From Felis catus (lineage: Eukaryota): a stretch of DNA of 64,000 nucleotides. The DNA lies in NCBI RefSeq assembly GCF_018350175.1, contig NC_058369.1, positions 27,034,001 through 27,098,000 on the forward strand, read 5' to 3'. Of this stretch, positions 51,001-63,620 are shown in pieces (positions within the stretch are counted from its first letter, which is position 1; each line of letters begins with the position of its first letter). The position numbers and the translations under genes are program-made. The notes below the pieces were generated by a model. The model was not told the origin of the DNA and did no database searches. It was given only the letters and a program-made list of their open reading frames with translations.

Positions 51001-51523
51001 TTCTAGCTCAAAGGGACAGTGGCCAGGCAGTTGTCAAGGACTCTCTCAGCTGCGGGCTAAGTGTCTCCCACGGTGTGTTAAGTGGCATGAGAAAGTTTCC
51101 TGCAGATGACATAAGTCACAACCATTGTATATATGACAACATATCTATTTGTGTAGAAATTTCAACCCCAGGCTCAGCATGACACATCATTTTCTGAAGG
51201 CAAATTACAAAAGGCAGCCTTGAAGGCATGGAGAATCTCAAAGTTCTCTAGGGATGTTTGAGAGGAGGGCACTGTCCCAGACTTGGGATAGAATTTGTGA
51301 GTCCCTTTCAGGGCTCCTGGAAAGCTTTTTGACTGGAAGCTAAATAAGGCAGCAGGAATCTACCACACCAGGGTATGGCCATGGTCAAGACCAGACTACT
51401 CAGAGTTAACAAAACCAAGAGTATATGCCAGGATTCAATGCCTGCAAATATATTTTATTCTTACAAAAAACTCTACAGTGCAGGGAGAATTCCTCATTTA
51501 ATCACCTTGATTCTTACAACTCT

Positions 51524-51739
51524 TTTTTTTTCTTTTTTTGAGAGAGAGCAAGTGTGCAGGTGTGCCTGCACACATACAAGCAGGGGGGAAGGGCAGAGAC
51601 AGAGGGAGGAAGAGAATCCTAAGCAGGTTAAATGCTCAGCGTAGAGCCTGACACGGTGCTCGATCTCACGACAGAGAGATCATGACCAGAGCCAAAATCA
51701 AGAGTCAGATGCTCAACCAACTAAGCCACTTAGGCACCC
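51524..51739 (-). mobile_element. Can-SINE within a MIR
   Basis: gagatcatgaccagagccaaaatcaagagtcagatgctcaaccaactaagccacttaggcaccc. Degenerate TSD tgattcttacaactctt / tgattctttcagctctt. Confidence 0.92.
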
Positions 51740-52119
51740 TGATTCTTTCAGCTCTTATGCAGTGAGTATTATTTGCCTCATTTTATAAATAAGGAAAGAG
51801 AAGCTTATTGAGACAAAACCGATACCAAAACATGGGTCTTTCCATAGCAGGTGGTAGTGGTGTGTAGAATGTGTACGTGTGGACTCTAGAATCAGACACC
51901 TTGGCCTGAAGCACAGTCCTGACACTTCCTTGCTGAGTGTCCATGGGCACTTTACTTAACTTGCTTGAATTTCAATTTCCTCATGTGAGCAATAGGAATA
52001 TCTATAGGGTTGCTTTGAAGATTCAATAAGATGGTGGGCTAGTTGTGCAAACACACCCTTGAATCTTTCTTTTCTCTGTCTTCATCCCTCCTCCTTCTCA
52101 CCAAACTCCCAAACCTCTC

Positions 52120-52936
52120 TTCTTGTAGCCTTTCTCATTTCAACAACATGTACCCCGTCCATTCATTAGCTATTCAGGCCCATAGCTTAGAGTCATCCTT
52201 CATCCCTCTCTGTTCCCCTATGTCTTTCCCACCCCTCAGTCCAGCCCACAAGTCTCTCAGCTCTGCCTCCAAAATACTCCGTGAATCTATCTGCTAATCT
52301 CCATTTATACTTTCAAACACATGGTCCCTAACTGGGCAACTGCTTTTACATATGCCCCTTACAGTCTTTTCTCCACATTACAGCCAAAGTGACCTTTTAG
52401 AAATATAGATTGTATCATATGACCCTAGTGCTTAAAATCTTCCAATGGCTTCCTGCTGCACATAGACTAGACTCTAAACAAATTGCCTGCATGATTCCTG
52501 TTTACCAGTCTGAATGTATCTCATACTCTTGTTTCCCACACCCCTGCCACACTGGTCACCCCAGGGCTTTTGAACATGCTACTTCTCTGTTTGGAATATT
52601 TTCTCTCATGTTTTAGATTTTAGATCTAAAATCAAAGTTCTGTATATGATCTCAGAGAGTCTTTTGGACTCCCTGCCTTAAGTAGATCCATCCCAGCCAC
52701 TCTGTCTTATGTTATTGCTGTCCACCTTTCCTCTCCATTATTTATAGCACTTAACACCACCCTGTGTTATTTCTTTGTATGCTTCTTTGATGGCTTATTA
52801 GTATTTGTCCCTGTTCACTAAAACATGCTCTAAGGGGTCTGGGGCTTAATTTGATAATCAGTAAATAGTTCTGGGGCAGAGGAGGCACTCAGTAGATATT
52901 TGTTGAATGAATGAATGAATGAATGAATGAATGAAT
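52120..52936 (+). mobile_element. L2 with (TGAA)n terminus
   Basis: cttagagtcatccttcat...cttaaaatcttccaatggcttcc...aggcactcagtagatatttgttgaatgaatgaatgaa. Confidence 0.88.
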
Positions 52937-54207
52937 AAAAACAGCACAGCACATACAGTAAATACAATGCTATACTTTCTTCCTATACTGAAAGCAGAGG
53001 CTGGAAGTAGTTTCAAAATCAAGCAGAAAATAAGGAGGTGGCTGGGGCACAGTATTGCATAGTGTAAAGAAGACAGCCTTTGGAGTCAGGCTGGCCAGGA
53101 TTTCAACTCTTTCTCCTAAGCCTCAGTTCCTCTATTTGTTAACTGGGAATAATGATATCCAAGCTACATAGAGCTGTGAGAATGAAATGAAATGACTTAC
53201 AAAATGTTTAGTACCAAGACTGCTGTAAACTCTAAATAAATGGTCATTCTATCGTTTTGGAGACCTTGACAATTTGGTAAAAGTGAATTTTGTTGATTCA
53301 CAGATGCTTTCTTTTTCCCTTTCTCCTTTCAGACTTGAGCTTGCTGGACTTGAGTGTCAGGCTTGTGTTGGTTTAAGGGTTTGCAGGGTAAGGATAATTG
53401 CAAGACAAAGAAATAATTAGTCGAATTTCCTATGGTTTTCTTCTGTAACTTTTTAGTTGATCCACATCATTTGCAGTTTGTTTATCTTGATTGTCAAAGG
53501 ACTCAAATTGAGAATCATTTTAATTTTATAAAACTGGTGCTATATTGACATATTGGGCAAAAGTAGTCAATTTTCACAAATGAATCTTCTCAACTGAATC
53601 AGATCAGATGTCCTTCAATCACATAAGATACTTACTATGGTGGGGAAAGAAATGATTTGAGTGAAATGTATGGTTGATTCCATACTCATTTATAAAAGTG
53701 GCTCAAACTATGGCAAATTTTTATGATTTGTTCCAGGTCATCTTCTAATGTACATGTTATTAAAAGAGTGTGAGCCCACAGACTCATGGAGTAGTGGTAA
53801 TCAGAGGGCAAATGTCCCCAATATTACCTCAGAATCAAAGCCTGTCATTCCTGGGCTGATGAGTATTGGTCCCTGCTCCCTGTTTTTGCTCTCTTTGAAG
53901 CAAATTAACAAAAACTATGACTTAGTGGTTATCTTAATTATCTTGAAAGTAACATCCTTTGTGTGTCAGCCAAATTCATGGCAATTTCATATTATTGGAT
54001 GGAAGGGACTAAAGGCCCAAAAGATAAAAACTCTAACTCATTTTACATGAATTATCTTGAAAAGTAATATTTCTTTTAGGAGAATATGTTCCTGTCTTCC
54101 TTATTCAGTTCCCTTGACCTGGAATGCCCTTTCTTGGCCCACCTCTGAATAACTGAACTCTGCTCAGTTCCAAATTCCTGCTACTTTCTCTATGAAGACT
54201 TTCTCTC

Positions 54208-54391
54208 TGCTGTACAATATGGTAGCCACTAAGCATATGTGACTATTTTATTAAGATTAAATAAAATTAGAAATTCATCTCATTCACACTGGCCACATCT
54301 AAAGGACTTGATAACTACATTGGACTGTCTACTGGAGAGCAGTGTAAAGAACATTATTCAACATTGCAGAAAGTTCTATTGGATAGCACTA
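54208..54391. mobile_element. MER3 (hAT-Charlie)
   Basis: ctgtacaatatggtagccact...cattgcagaaagttctattggatagcact. Confidence 0.8.
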
Positions 54392-54513
54392 TTCCAAGAA
54401 CTGCAGATGAACACACAGTACTCCCAACTTTCTCTGTCTTCTTGTAGAGCCTTGCTTGTTCCTTTTCGGAGCATGTCACTTTCTACCATGTCACTTTCTA
54501 CCTTGATTTCTAT

Positions 54514-54696
54514 CAGTGACTGTTTTCAAATGATGCTATGTAGAGTTCAACATGATTCAGGGTCTCACTGTACCACGGCAGGAGATACTAAATCATCTGG
54601 AATCCAGGACTTTGACCTTCCACTTCAGCCATTTTGTCTGTTTACCTGGTGGAGTTCTATGTGTTATTACTTTTGCTAAAAGTTTGAAAACCACTG
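54514..54696. mobile_element. hAT-Charlie MITE remnant
   Basis: TIR-like ends cagtgactgttttcaaa ... aaagtttgaaaaccactg. Confidence 0.55.
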
Positions 54697-56420
54697 TCCT
54701 CTTTACTCCTATTATATTTTCTGCTCAGACCCCTTGAGAACAGGATTTACTTTTGATTCACTTTTTCACCTCCACACTACTGTGGGTTTCCACAGTAGAC
54801 CCTCAAGATTTCTGGTTGGTTGAATGAATGAGGAAGGCCCTAGAGCCTATGCCAAACGCAGCTCCATTCCATAAGCTCTACAGTACACTTACTGAAACTT
54901 GTTTGCAATCAGATCTCTCACGAATCAGGGACTGGATGATTTTCCCAACATCCTCATCACTGTCAGTGTTAGCAAAAATGTAGTTTATGGCATTTTAGGC
55001 TCCATCAATTACTTTCTTTTCTCTCTAACAATTATTTGGGTTTTGATTTACAGTTTGGTTTACCTTTTCTGATCTGTTTACACCTCTTAACAACCTTCCA
55101 TTCATCCAGTTCTCCCTCTAGGGAGTTTAACCAGATTGGCCAATTAGCACTTCCTTTTTAACAAAAAGATAAATATTTCAGTCTACTCAAGTATGGAGGA
55201 CACCTTGTAGTGATGAGATAAATCAGGACTTACCTATAGATTTTTTTTTTTTACCTAGAGAGAGTGCATCACTTGAAACAATTACAGCAGTAATAATAAT
55301 GCATACACGTAATTGCATGTTTCATGGTTATATATCTACTGGGAGCTTTGATTTCTCCTTGGAGTCAAGGACTGTGGAATCACATGAGATTTCTCAGTTG
55401 GCTTGGAGGTTAGATGAGTTCTGTTGTTTAATAATTGTAATGTATGATGAATGTTAGTGTAAAGTGGGCTTAGCCAAAATGTATGATGTCTGACATCTGT
55501 TTCCACACCTTCACCATAATATCACTAGAATTATATAGTATTATCATGCATTCTAAAAGAGAATGTATCATGTATCCATAACAGATGGTTCTGGCCTCTG
55601 CTAATTGGCTGTTCAAATAAATTGGGTGACAATTCTAAGAAACCACAAATCATGTATTAAAGTGTTATTTTATTTTAAAGAATGAGTATCACATTTTACT
55701 CCTTAGCTCTTTATTTATAGAGTTACTTGCTATGTCTCTTAATGAATTACTAGGTTTGCTGAAACACTAAATTGTCTTTGTTTAACTGAGGGACAATGAA
55801 TTGGCTTTTGATGCACTACTAATTTATAGCTGTGCAGGTGATGGTCTCAGCATCAATCTGTGATATTCTTTTATCTAGACTAATTCCAATATAATATTTC
55901 AATTTAGTTTTCACTAAAGCATTCAATTTGCATTTAAAAAGAAGTCAATATAGGATAATAAAATGGTGTCAACTGATCACTAATGAGCTGTTCCACTTGT
56001 GTAACACTGCCCTTCTCACTATGAATTGTCTTGGACTGATATCCACTACTCTGGGTGCCAGCCAAAAAGACTTTGAATGCCTGCTAGTGCTATACACCCA
56101 GAGATGCTAAATATGGACATACCGAATGGCTGTTTGACTATTTATTCCATCTATGCCAATGTAAGTAGGTATGTGGGAAACACAAAACTGAACCAGACAC
56201 AGTACATAACCTACTTGGGCAGTCATGAAAATAGCTAATAATAGTACAAAGAAGGGAAATAAGTGCCCTCACGAAAGTCCAGACAAGCTGTGACAGGAAT
56301 TCAGAGGGATGAGAGCTTGTTTCCTATGGAGGTTGGGAAGGCTTTACAGATGGCATGGCATTAGAGCAAGACCTAAAGAATAAGTTATGTCTGAAAAGGG
56401 TAGAAGAACATTTTTGACAA

Positions 56421-57015
56421 TGTATTGGTTTTCTATTGCTACTATAACAAAACACCAAAAACTTAGTGGTTTAAAACAACAACAGTTTATCTCATAGTTT
56501 CAATGGATCAGAAGTATAGTACAGCATGACTCAGTTGGTTCTTCACTTAGGTGCTTACAAGCACAAAAATCTAAGTGTCTGCAGGACCACATTTCTTTCT
56601 GGAGACTCTGGGGAAGAATCCACTTCCAACATCATTGACATTGTTGGTAGAATTGAATTCCTTACGGTTGTAGCACTGAGGTCCCAATTTCCCACTGGCT
56701 GCCAGCTGGGAGTCTATTTCACCTCGTACAGCTGTCTGTGTTCCTCATCCCATTGCTCTTTATATCTCAAATCTCTCTGCCTACTCCTTCTACTGCATCT
56801 CTTTAACTCTCACCAAAGAAAATTATTTTTTAAAGGGCTCATGTGATTAAATTAGATTGAACCTACCCAGATAATTCAGGATAACGTCCTTATTTTAAGA
56901 TCTGTAACATTAATTACACTTGTGAAGTCCCTTTTGCCATGTAACATACATATCATATTCACAATTTCCAGGAATGAAGGCATGGAGATATTTGGGGGGC
57001 ATTATGTATACCACA
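56421..57015 (-). mobile_element. MLT1E-like solo LTR
   Basis: tgtattggttttctattgctactataacaaaacaccaaaaacttagtggtttaaaacaac...gaagtcccttttgccatgtaacata...ataccaca. Confidence 0.88.
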
Positions 57016-60000
57016 GTGATGAAAAGCAGTAGAAACTGAGGGACTCTTCATGGCATTAGTGAGGTTAGGCATGTGCAAAGTGACAGAACAAGAAACTGGG
57101 TGGGGAGGCAAAATTGATCACTCCTTCCATATATTCCTAAAATACTTTGGTGACTCCACTAAGAGTACACTCAGGTATGTTGAGTTATTTTCTATTTGAT
57201 CCTTGGGACCAGGGACCTGGCTTTATGTAATTTTGCACACCAGGGCTAGCACTCTGCCTTCCCTCCTGATGGGTAACTGATAACATATTTTTGCAGTTGG
57301 GTTGAAGAAAAGTGATGGCAATTGATGATAGAAAAATAGAATTTGGTAGGCCTAGGAGTAAATCTTTAAATGAGAATTGTCAGACTGAGGTGATAGGGGA
57401 GATAATTTCAGCAAGTGTCTTGTTGGTGAGACAGGAATCACACCGTGGAGTACACCCCGTCATCTCTCATGCTTGCTGTTTCTTACCCTCTTAGACTTGT
57501 ACCACTTTGAAACTTTCTGATTTTGAAGTAATTGCTGTACCAGTTTTTTGTATTTTCAGGTAAGTTCATTTTTTCCCAGGTTTCTCAGTAGTCCATAGCC
57601 CCTCCACACTGTAATGTGTTCCTCATATCTTGAAAAAATGTAATTTAATATCAGTTTACCACCTAAGCGCCACTTAGTTCACTTAGCAGGTTAACAGGAT
57701 AACCCTCTGACTCTGTTATTACTTTGGGTTAAATAGGGAGGCTACACTTCAGATGTCTACTCTTCTGGATTGTAGTTTGTCTACTTCACATAACCTTTCT
57801 GAGGCTTAGTATTCTCATCCACAAAATGGGCATATGATACCTCATAGATCATCATTCAGATTAAATGAGAGTATGAAGGTAAGTGCTTGGTCCTTAGTCA
57901 TTGATTAAATTGATTCATGATTTTTACATACCAATCCTCAGCCCTTCCTTAAAATGATTGTAGCACAGGGTCTTATTGGCTACACAAATGTAATTTATAC
58001 ATGAAACACCTAAAATATAAGCAAAAAGAAACATGGTGGCAATTGAGACCCTGGTGATAGGTTACCTCTTCTTCTCCCTTCCAACTGGTCCCTCCTTTTT
58101 CCTACTATTCCTCCCTTATTATGTGGGTGTCTCTGTCTCGGTCCTGGAAAAACATGGAACAGATTCAGTGTCAGGGGTCCTCTGACAACCTGAGAGAGTC
58201 CCCAATCCAGCCTGTAGTGAAATCCCTCTTCTCTAGGATTTGTCTTACTTTTCATTTGGCAGCTCATCATGTACTGCCCTGTGACACTTGTTCTCTTGTT
58301 TTAAATATCAAATGTTTATATCTTATCTCTCAAACTACTGTATGAGCCTCTAGTCACTCATTCAAATGCATTTTTGAGTACCTTCTATGTGCTAGGCACT
58401 GGAGAGGCAGTAGGGTCAGGATAGACACCGATACACTAGCCCTTGAGTTGGTAGTCTAGTGTGGAAGATGGATAGTTAAACAATCAACTGTGATCAGTGT
58501 GGTATGTTTTTACAGGGGACAGAAGGGGGTTATAGGAGGCCAGTATCTTTATGTAGTCCATAATGCCTTGCATTTGATAGATAATAAATATTAACAGACT
58601 AAAAATGTTTATAATTTTACCCTGTTGGGAATTTAATTCAGCAATATTATAGCTTGCTCTCTCCCAACTTGAGATCAGGATCCATCAGAGATTTCCCATT
58701 AGGTCATGGGGACTCTCTGCTCCCAGGTCAGAACCTGTAGCACTGCCCTCGTCAGGCCTAGCCCACGTCTGACTACCCACAATCTCTTTGTTGCCCTATT
58801 AATAGCTTAACCCAGTGACTCAGAGATTACTATGTACTTGAGAATCTATCCATGTACCAAAGGACCCTCTTTAGTTTTGTTGCCCAATTCTTGTTTTTAT
58901 TTTTGTCTTCTTTTCTAGTGTTAATTTTAAAGAAATAGGCCTATTTCATGGACAGGAATGTATTTTAGGAACAAGTGAAACAAAGACAAACCATTTTTGC
59001 TCTTTCTTCTTGATTGCTCTGAATTTTTGATTATTTTGGGAAGGATTGAGAGAGGGTTCATGGGCACCCTCAGAGGACTTAAAGATGGACAAGTTCACAG
59101 GCCATGATACCCAAGATAGCAGGCCTTTTATTTATGATGCTTATTCCATATGTATGCAGTTTTCGGAGACATCCTTCAGTACACTTGCTCCTTCCCCTTG
59201 AAGTCCCAGAACATTTCCTACATGCATCCAAGGACAGTGTACCTTCCAACTCTGCTCAAACTAGTGAGCATTCTTTAGCAGCCGCTCACAAAGGTGCAGG
59301 AGAGAATTATGTTACTCTGATCTTTTGCTCCTGACAAGCTTCCTCATGTGTGGTGAAATATAAATTGGATAAACCATGATTCACTATTAGATCTGGAAAA
59401 GAAATGACACTGAGATTCATAAATTAATGTTAAATCTATTTTCCGCAGTGATTGCACGATTAGGGAGAGCTCACTCACCTGTAGTTAGCAATGACAAATG
59501 ATCACTGAAGAATCATGTTATTAAGTTTTCAGTGACAATTTTAAGAAAAATATTAAAAATACTTTATGAAATCATGAATGTAGCATTTGGTAAAGTGACT
59601 TTTTACCCAATACCTTAAAAAAAAAAATCACGTGGCCCAATCATTACCTGAACTTCTTGACATACTAATTAACTCTGATTTAAAACAGCCATTATTTTTA
59701 GAGTTAAGCTTAGTGAACATTGTCTAATATTATTATGTGACCATTAATATGACTAGGGAAAAATGAGATAAGAAAAAGAAGAAGGCAGTAATTAAGATGA
59801 GTAATTTGGTAACAAAGTTGAACTAAAGCAGGTTGGTGACTCTTCAGCATGTGATAATGGACATTATTGGTATAATTTATCTTTCAAACTAAATGACTCT
59901 ACTTATCCCCTGGCCTGTCTATGTTAGATTTTTGTTTCTACAGTCATTGGCAAATGGAATTATAGACATTAGAGTGAGTCTTTGGAAGTCATCAATTGTC

Positions 60001-60928
60001 AAGTTCAGGAATCTTGACCTCTGAATGTTACATGAAACTGACTAGATCTAGGTGCTTTCCTGAGATGTAACAATAGGGAAAATCCAGAATGAATTCAATG
60101 AGGAATACTTTTCAGCCTACAGTAGAGTCCAACATAAAATGCTCTTCCTTTTTTTCAAAAGAGTGATTAATAAGCTACCAGCTGTATCAGGACCGTATTA
60201 CTGGAGGTGAATGAAATCACGAATGTTTTCTATGACTGAAATCATCATTCCTCATCCATGTCCAATGTAAAAGAAGAATTAAATAAATAATCTGGATGTT
60301 ATATTTAAGTGGTTCCACCATATGGATGTAAATCATACATTCAATAAATTTGTCCACACATTAGTTAAATGTTTGTTATGTGTTAGACATCATTCTAAGT
60401 GCTGGAGATTCACCAAGGAATAAGACAAAATTCCTGCACTCAAGGAGGATACACCCTAATGGCAGGAATCAGAAAATAAATCAATTAACACACAAATAAA
60501 CAATAAGATACCAGATTGTGATAAGTGTTTTGAAGCAAAAATTAGAATGATGTCAGAGAGTGGGTGGGGGACTGATTTCAATAGAGATTCCAGGGAAAGC
60601 AAATCTGAGGAGGTGGTATTTAAGCCAAGATCTAAATAATGATGAATGAGCAGGTTACTCTAAATTGTGATGAATGAGCAGGTTACACTCTGGGTAGAGG
60701 AGACCTAGTGCAAAGTCCCCAGACAGGGATATCCAAGGGACAAAGAGAAGGCCAGAGAGGTTGAAGCCCAGTGAATGAGGAGGTAGTGGGGTAAACTGAG
60801 ATTGCAGAGGTAGCAGGGGCAGGTGATGCAAGGCCTTCCTGGCCATGGTAAGGATTGAGTCCAATTGCAAAGGGAAGCTCTTAATCAGAGAATGGTGTGT
60901 TCTGACATGCATTATTAAAAACTGTTTG

Positions 60929-61144
60929 GGGGCGCCTGGGTGGCGCAGTCGGTTAAACGTCCGACTTCAGCCAGGTCACGATCTCGCGGTCCGGGAGTTC
61001 GAGCCCCGCATCGGGCTCTGGGCTGATGGCTCAGAGCCTGGAGCCTGTTTCCGATTCTGTGTCTCCCTCTCTCTCTCTGCCCCTCCCCCGTTCATGCTCT
61101 GTCTCTCTCTGTCCCAAAAATGAATAAACGTTGAAAAAAAAATT
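60929..61144 (+). mobile_element. Young SINEC_Fc (Felis-type) Can-SINE
   Basis: ggggcgcctgggtggcgcagtcggttaaacgtccgacttcagccaggtcacgatctcgcggtccgggagttcgagcccc with intact CpGs and A/B boxes, AATAAA and A-tail. Perfect TSD TTAAAAACTGTTTG (60915-60928, 61145-61158). Confidence 0.97.
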
Positions 61145-61404
61145 TTAAAAACTGTTTGGTTCTGGGGAAGAACTAGTTGGGAGGTTGTGGTGACAGCCTG
61201 GACTGAAGGAGTGGGTAAGAATGGGGAGAGAGAGAGAAGTAGGTGGACGGGGGGACATATTTTGGTGGTAGTTAATAATTCTTGCTGATGAAGTGGATGT
61301 CAGGTGAGAGAGGTCAAGGATGACCCTTAGGTTTTTGGCTCAAGTAACAGGGTAAGTCGTATAGTGCCTTTGAGATGGGGGAATGCTGGGAGAAGGGCAG
61401 GGGT

Positions 61405-61489
61405 TTTCTTTCTTTCCGTTTCTCTTTCTTTCTTCCTTCCTTCCTTCCTTCCTTCCTTCCTTCCTTCCTTCCTTCCCTCCCTCCCTCCC

Positions 61490-61544
<55 letters not shown>
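61405..61544. repeat. Compound (TTCC)n(CTCC)n(TTTC)n microsatellite
   Basis: Direct read. Confidence 0.95.
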
Positions 61545-61545
<1 letters not shown>

Positions 61546-61724
61546 GTTGGGGAGGGGATTAGAGAGAGAGTAGCATGTAAGAATCAAGGGTTCTGTTTTG
61601 AGTATGTTAAGTTCCAATGCTTATTATACGTTTAAAATATGTATAATATGTTAAGTTCGTATGCTTATTATACATTTAATCAATCATCTGTGTGCTTTTT
61701 TAATGTAGGGTCTCAGACTCATCC

Positions 61725-62242
61725 ATATCACTTAGGAATATATTTGGTTTCAGGTAAGAAAACAACCAAGTAGAAGTGGCTTAAACAAATAGGGGCTAAT
61801 TTTCTTCTTATAGAAGCACATACGGAGACATGTAGTACAGACTTGGTGCTCAACTGTGTCATCAGAGACCCAGGGTATTTGTAGTTCCCTATGATGCTAC
61901 CCTCAGCATTTGGGTCATTGCTATGGCTATAAGATGGTGGCTGCAGCTCCAGATTTCAGTGTCCACATTTAAGTCACTGAAGTCAGAAAGAAGTGGGTAA
62001 AATGGTGCCAGACACATTTATCTTTTTTTTTAATCAAACAAGCAAAACTTTTAGCTCTCATCAGAGACTTACACTTATTCTCATTGACCAGAACTGTTCA
62101 CACTGCAACCCTTAACTGTGGGACAACCTGGAAAAGAGAATACTTAGCTGGGCACATTGATGCCCTATACAAAATTTGGGTTATATTACCAAGAAAATAG
62201 GGCCATTTGATATTGGGTAGGAAATTAACAAGTGTCTGCCAA
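61725..62242 (-). mobile_element. MLT1J-like LTR
   Basis: ttaggaatatatttggtttcaggtaagaaaac...gtggcttaaacaaatagggg...aagatggtggctgcagctccag...gctgggcacattg...gggtaggaaattaacaagtgtctgcca. Confidence 0.8.
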
Positions 62243-63299
62243 CCCAGGATATTCCAACATAGAAGTTCTGGGGCAGGAGAAGTTGGGGAGGCTGATAGTG
62301 CCACACGTTCTAATGCAAGCCAGGGCTGTATATGAGACAAGTCTGTACTTGTTGCATAGACAATAAGTAGACAGCTCTAGGATGGACAGAGCAGGGCTTC
62401 CTGTTCCTTCCCAATTCTTAAAAATACCTTTTATACCATTATTTACCTCTTTATAGATTAACAGCGCCTCTCTATGGAATAAATTAGCTTATTATTTCAG
62501 AGGTAATTGTAAACTTTTATCTTCTAGAATGTCATAATTTCCCTTATCTGGGGACCTCATGCATTCCTGGAGTCAGGATGGTTTTTGGAAATGTAGCTTT
62601 CTCCAATTGCTGGGTGAAATGATTGTTTCTGCACCCCCACCCCTCCAATTCTGTCCTGTATCAGGCTCAGTCTGCCATGCTCATCACATAAGTCAGAATA
62701 AGAGTGGATGGCAGGTCCAGTTATCTTGAGCTTGGGTATAATACAATGTGTCACTCCCCATTACAGAAATTATCATTAATTATTAACAGCAACATCTTTG
62801 ACATGATGCATTGTCTACATTGTCACTGCCAAAATGGAATGGTGATTAATGGAAGCCCCTTGGATGGAATACAGCAAAGTATGATGAAGAAAAGAAAGCT
62901 CAGAAGCTTGGGGAAAAAGCACAGAGGACTGAATAGCTTGGTGTCTCTCTCTGACTCTCTCTTTCTTTAAACATAAACATACACACATGCTCTAAAGGGT
63001 GAAAAACCAGTCACTTGCCAAATTGGAAACAAACATAGTTTTTTCTTAAAATTCTAGGAAACGGGACATTTGGCTTCCTCTTTGTTTTTATCTAAGCATT
63101 TGAACCTGGTATTATATGTAGGACCTGATTAGGACAAAGTTAATCTTCGGAGTTATCCACTTCCTTTTTGTTCTTCCTACTTGCTTTCAGGATGTTTTCT
63201 ATGTGTCTAGGTCCTTCCTGGGAGCATGCAATGCCCTTGTACTTTCCCAGTCAGCATCCCCACCCATCAGAACAAGAGGTCTAGAAGTATACAGTCTAG

Positions 63300-63620
63300 A
63301 GTTGGTGCAGAGTCTGAATCATGTTATTAAGAACTTAGCCCCCTTCTAGACTCTGTTTCACCATACTTGGCTTATTGGCTGTTGCTCATGGTTACAGTAT
63401 AGCTGCTGCAGCCCCAAGCATCCCATCCACATTCAAAACAGAAAGTAGGTGAAAGGATGGTGCCAGCAGCATCAATTTCCTTTTCATTAGTAAAGAAAAA
63501 GCTTCCCCACAAATCCCCAAACTATAAGGAAAGCTGGGAAAAAGCATATTTGCCTTAGCAAGACTGAAGTTCCAGATGCTAGAATAAAGGAAGGAATAGA
63601 TTGATGTCTCCACCTAGCTG
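63300..63620 (-). mobile_element. MLT1J/K-like LTR fragment
   Basis: ctcatggttacagtatagctgctgcagccccaagcatcccatccacattcaa...aaggaaagctgggaaaaagcatattt. Confidence 0.6.

Larger units (their letters stand above)
60335..61635 (-). mobile_element. L2 hosting a young SINE and a compound microsatellite
   Basis: ttctaagtgctggagat...aataagacaaaattcctgcactcaagg...gtcaaggatgacccttaggtttttggctcaag...gttctgttttgagtatgttaagtt. Confidence 0.85.

Noticed and set aside
60929..61010. tRNA gene
   Set aside because: The tRNA-like A/B boxes belong to the SINE head.
62461..62478. CTCF-like motif (also ~23863-23880)
   Set aside because: Only the GGCGCTG end matches; the core has several mismatches.
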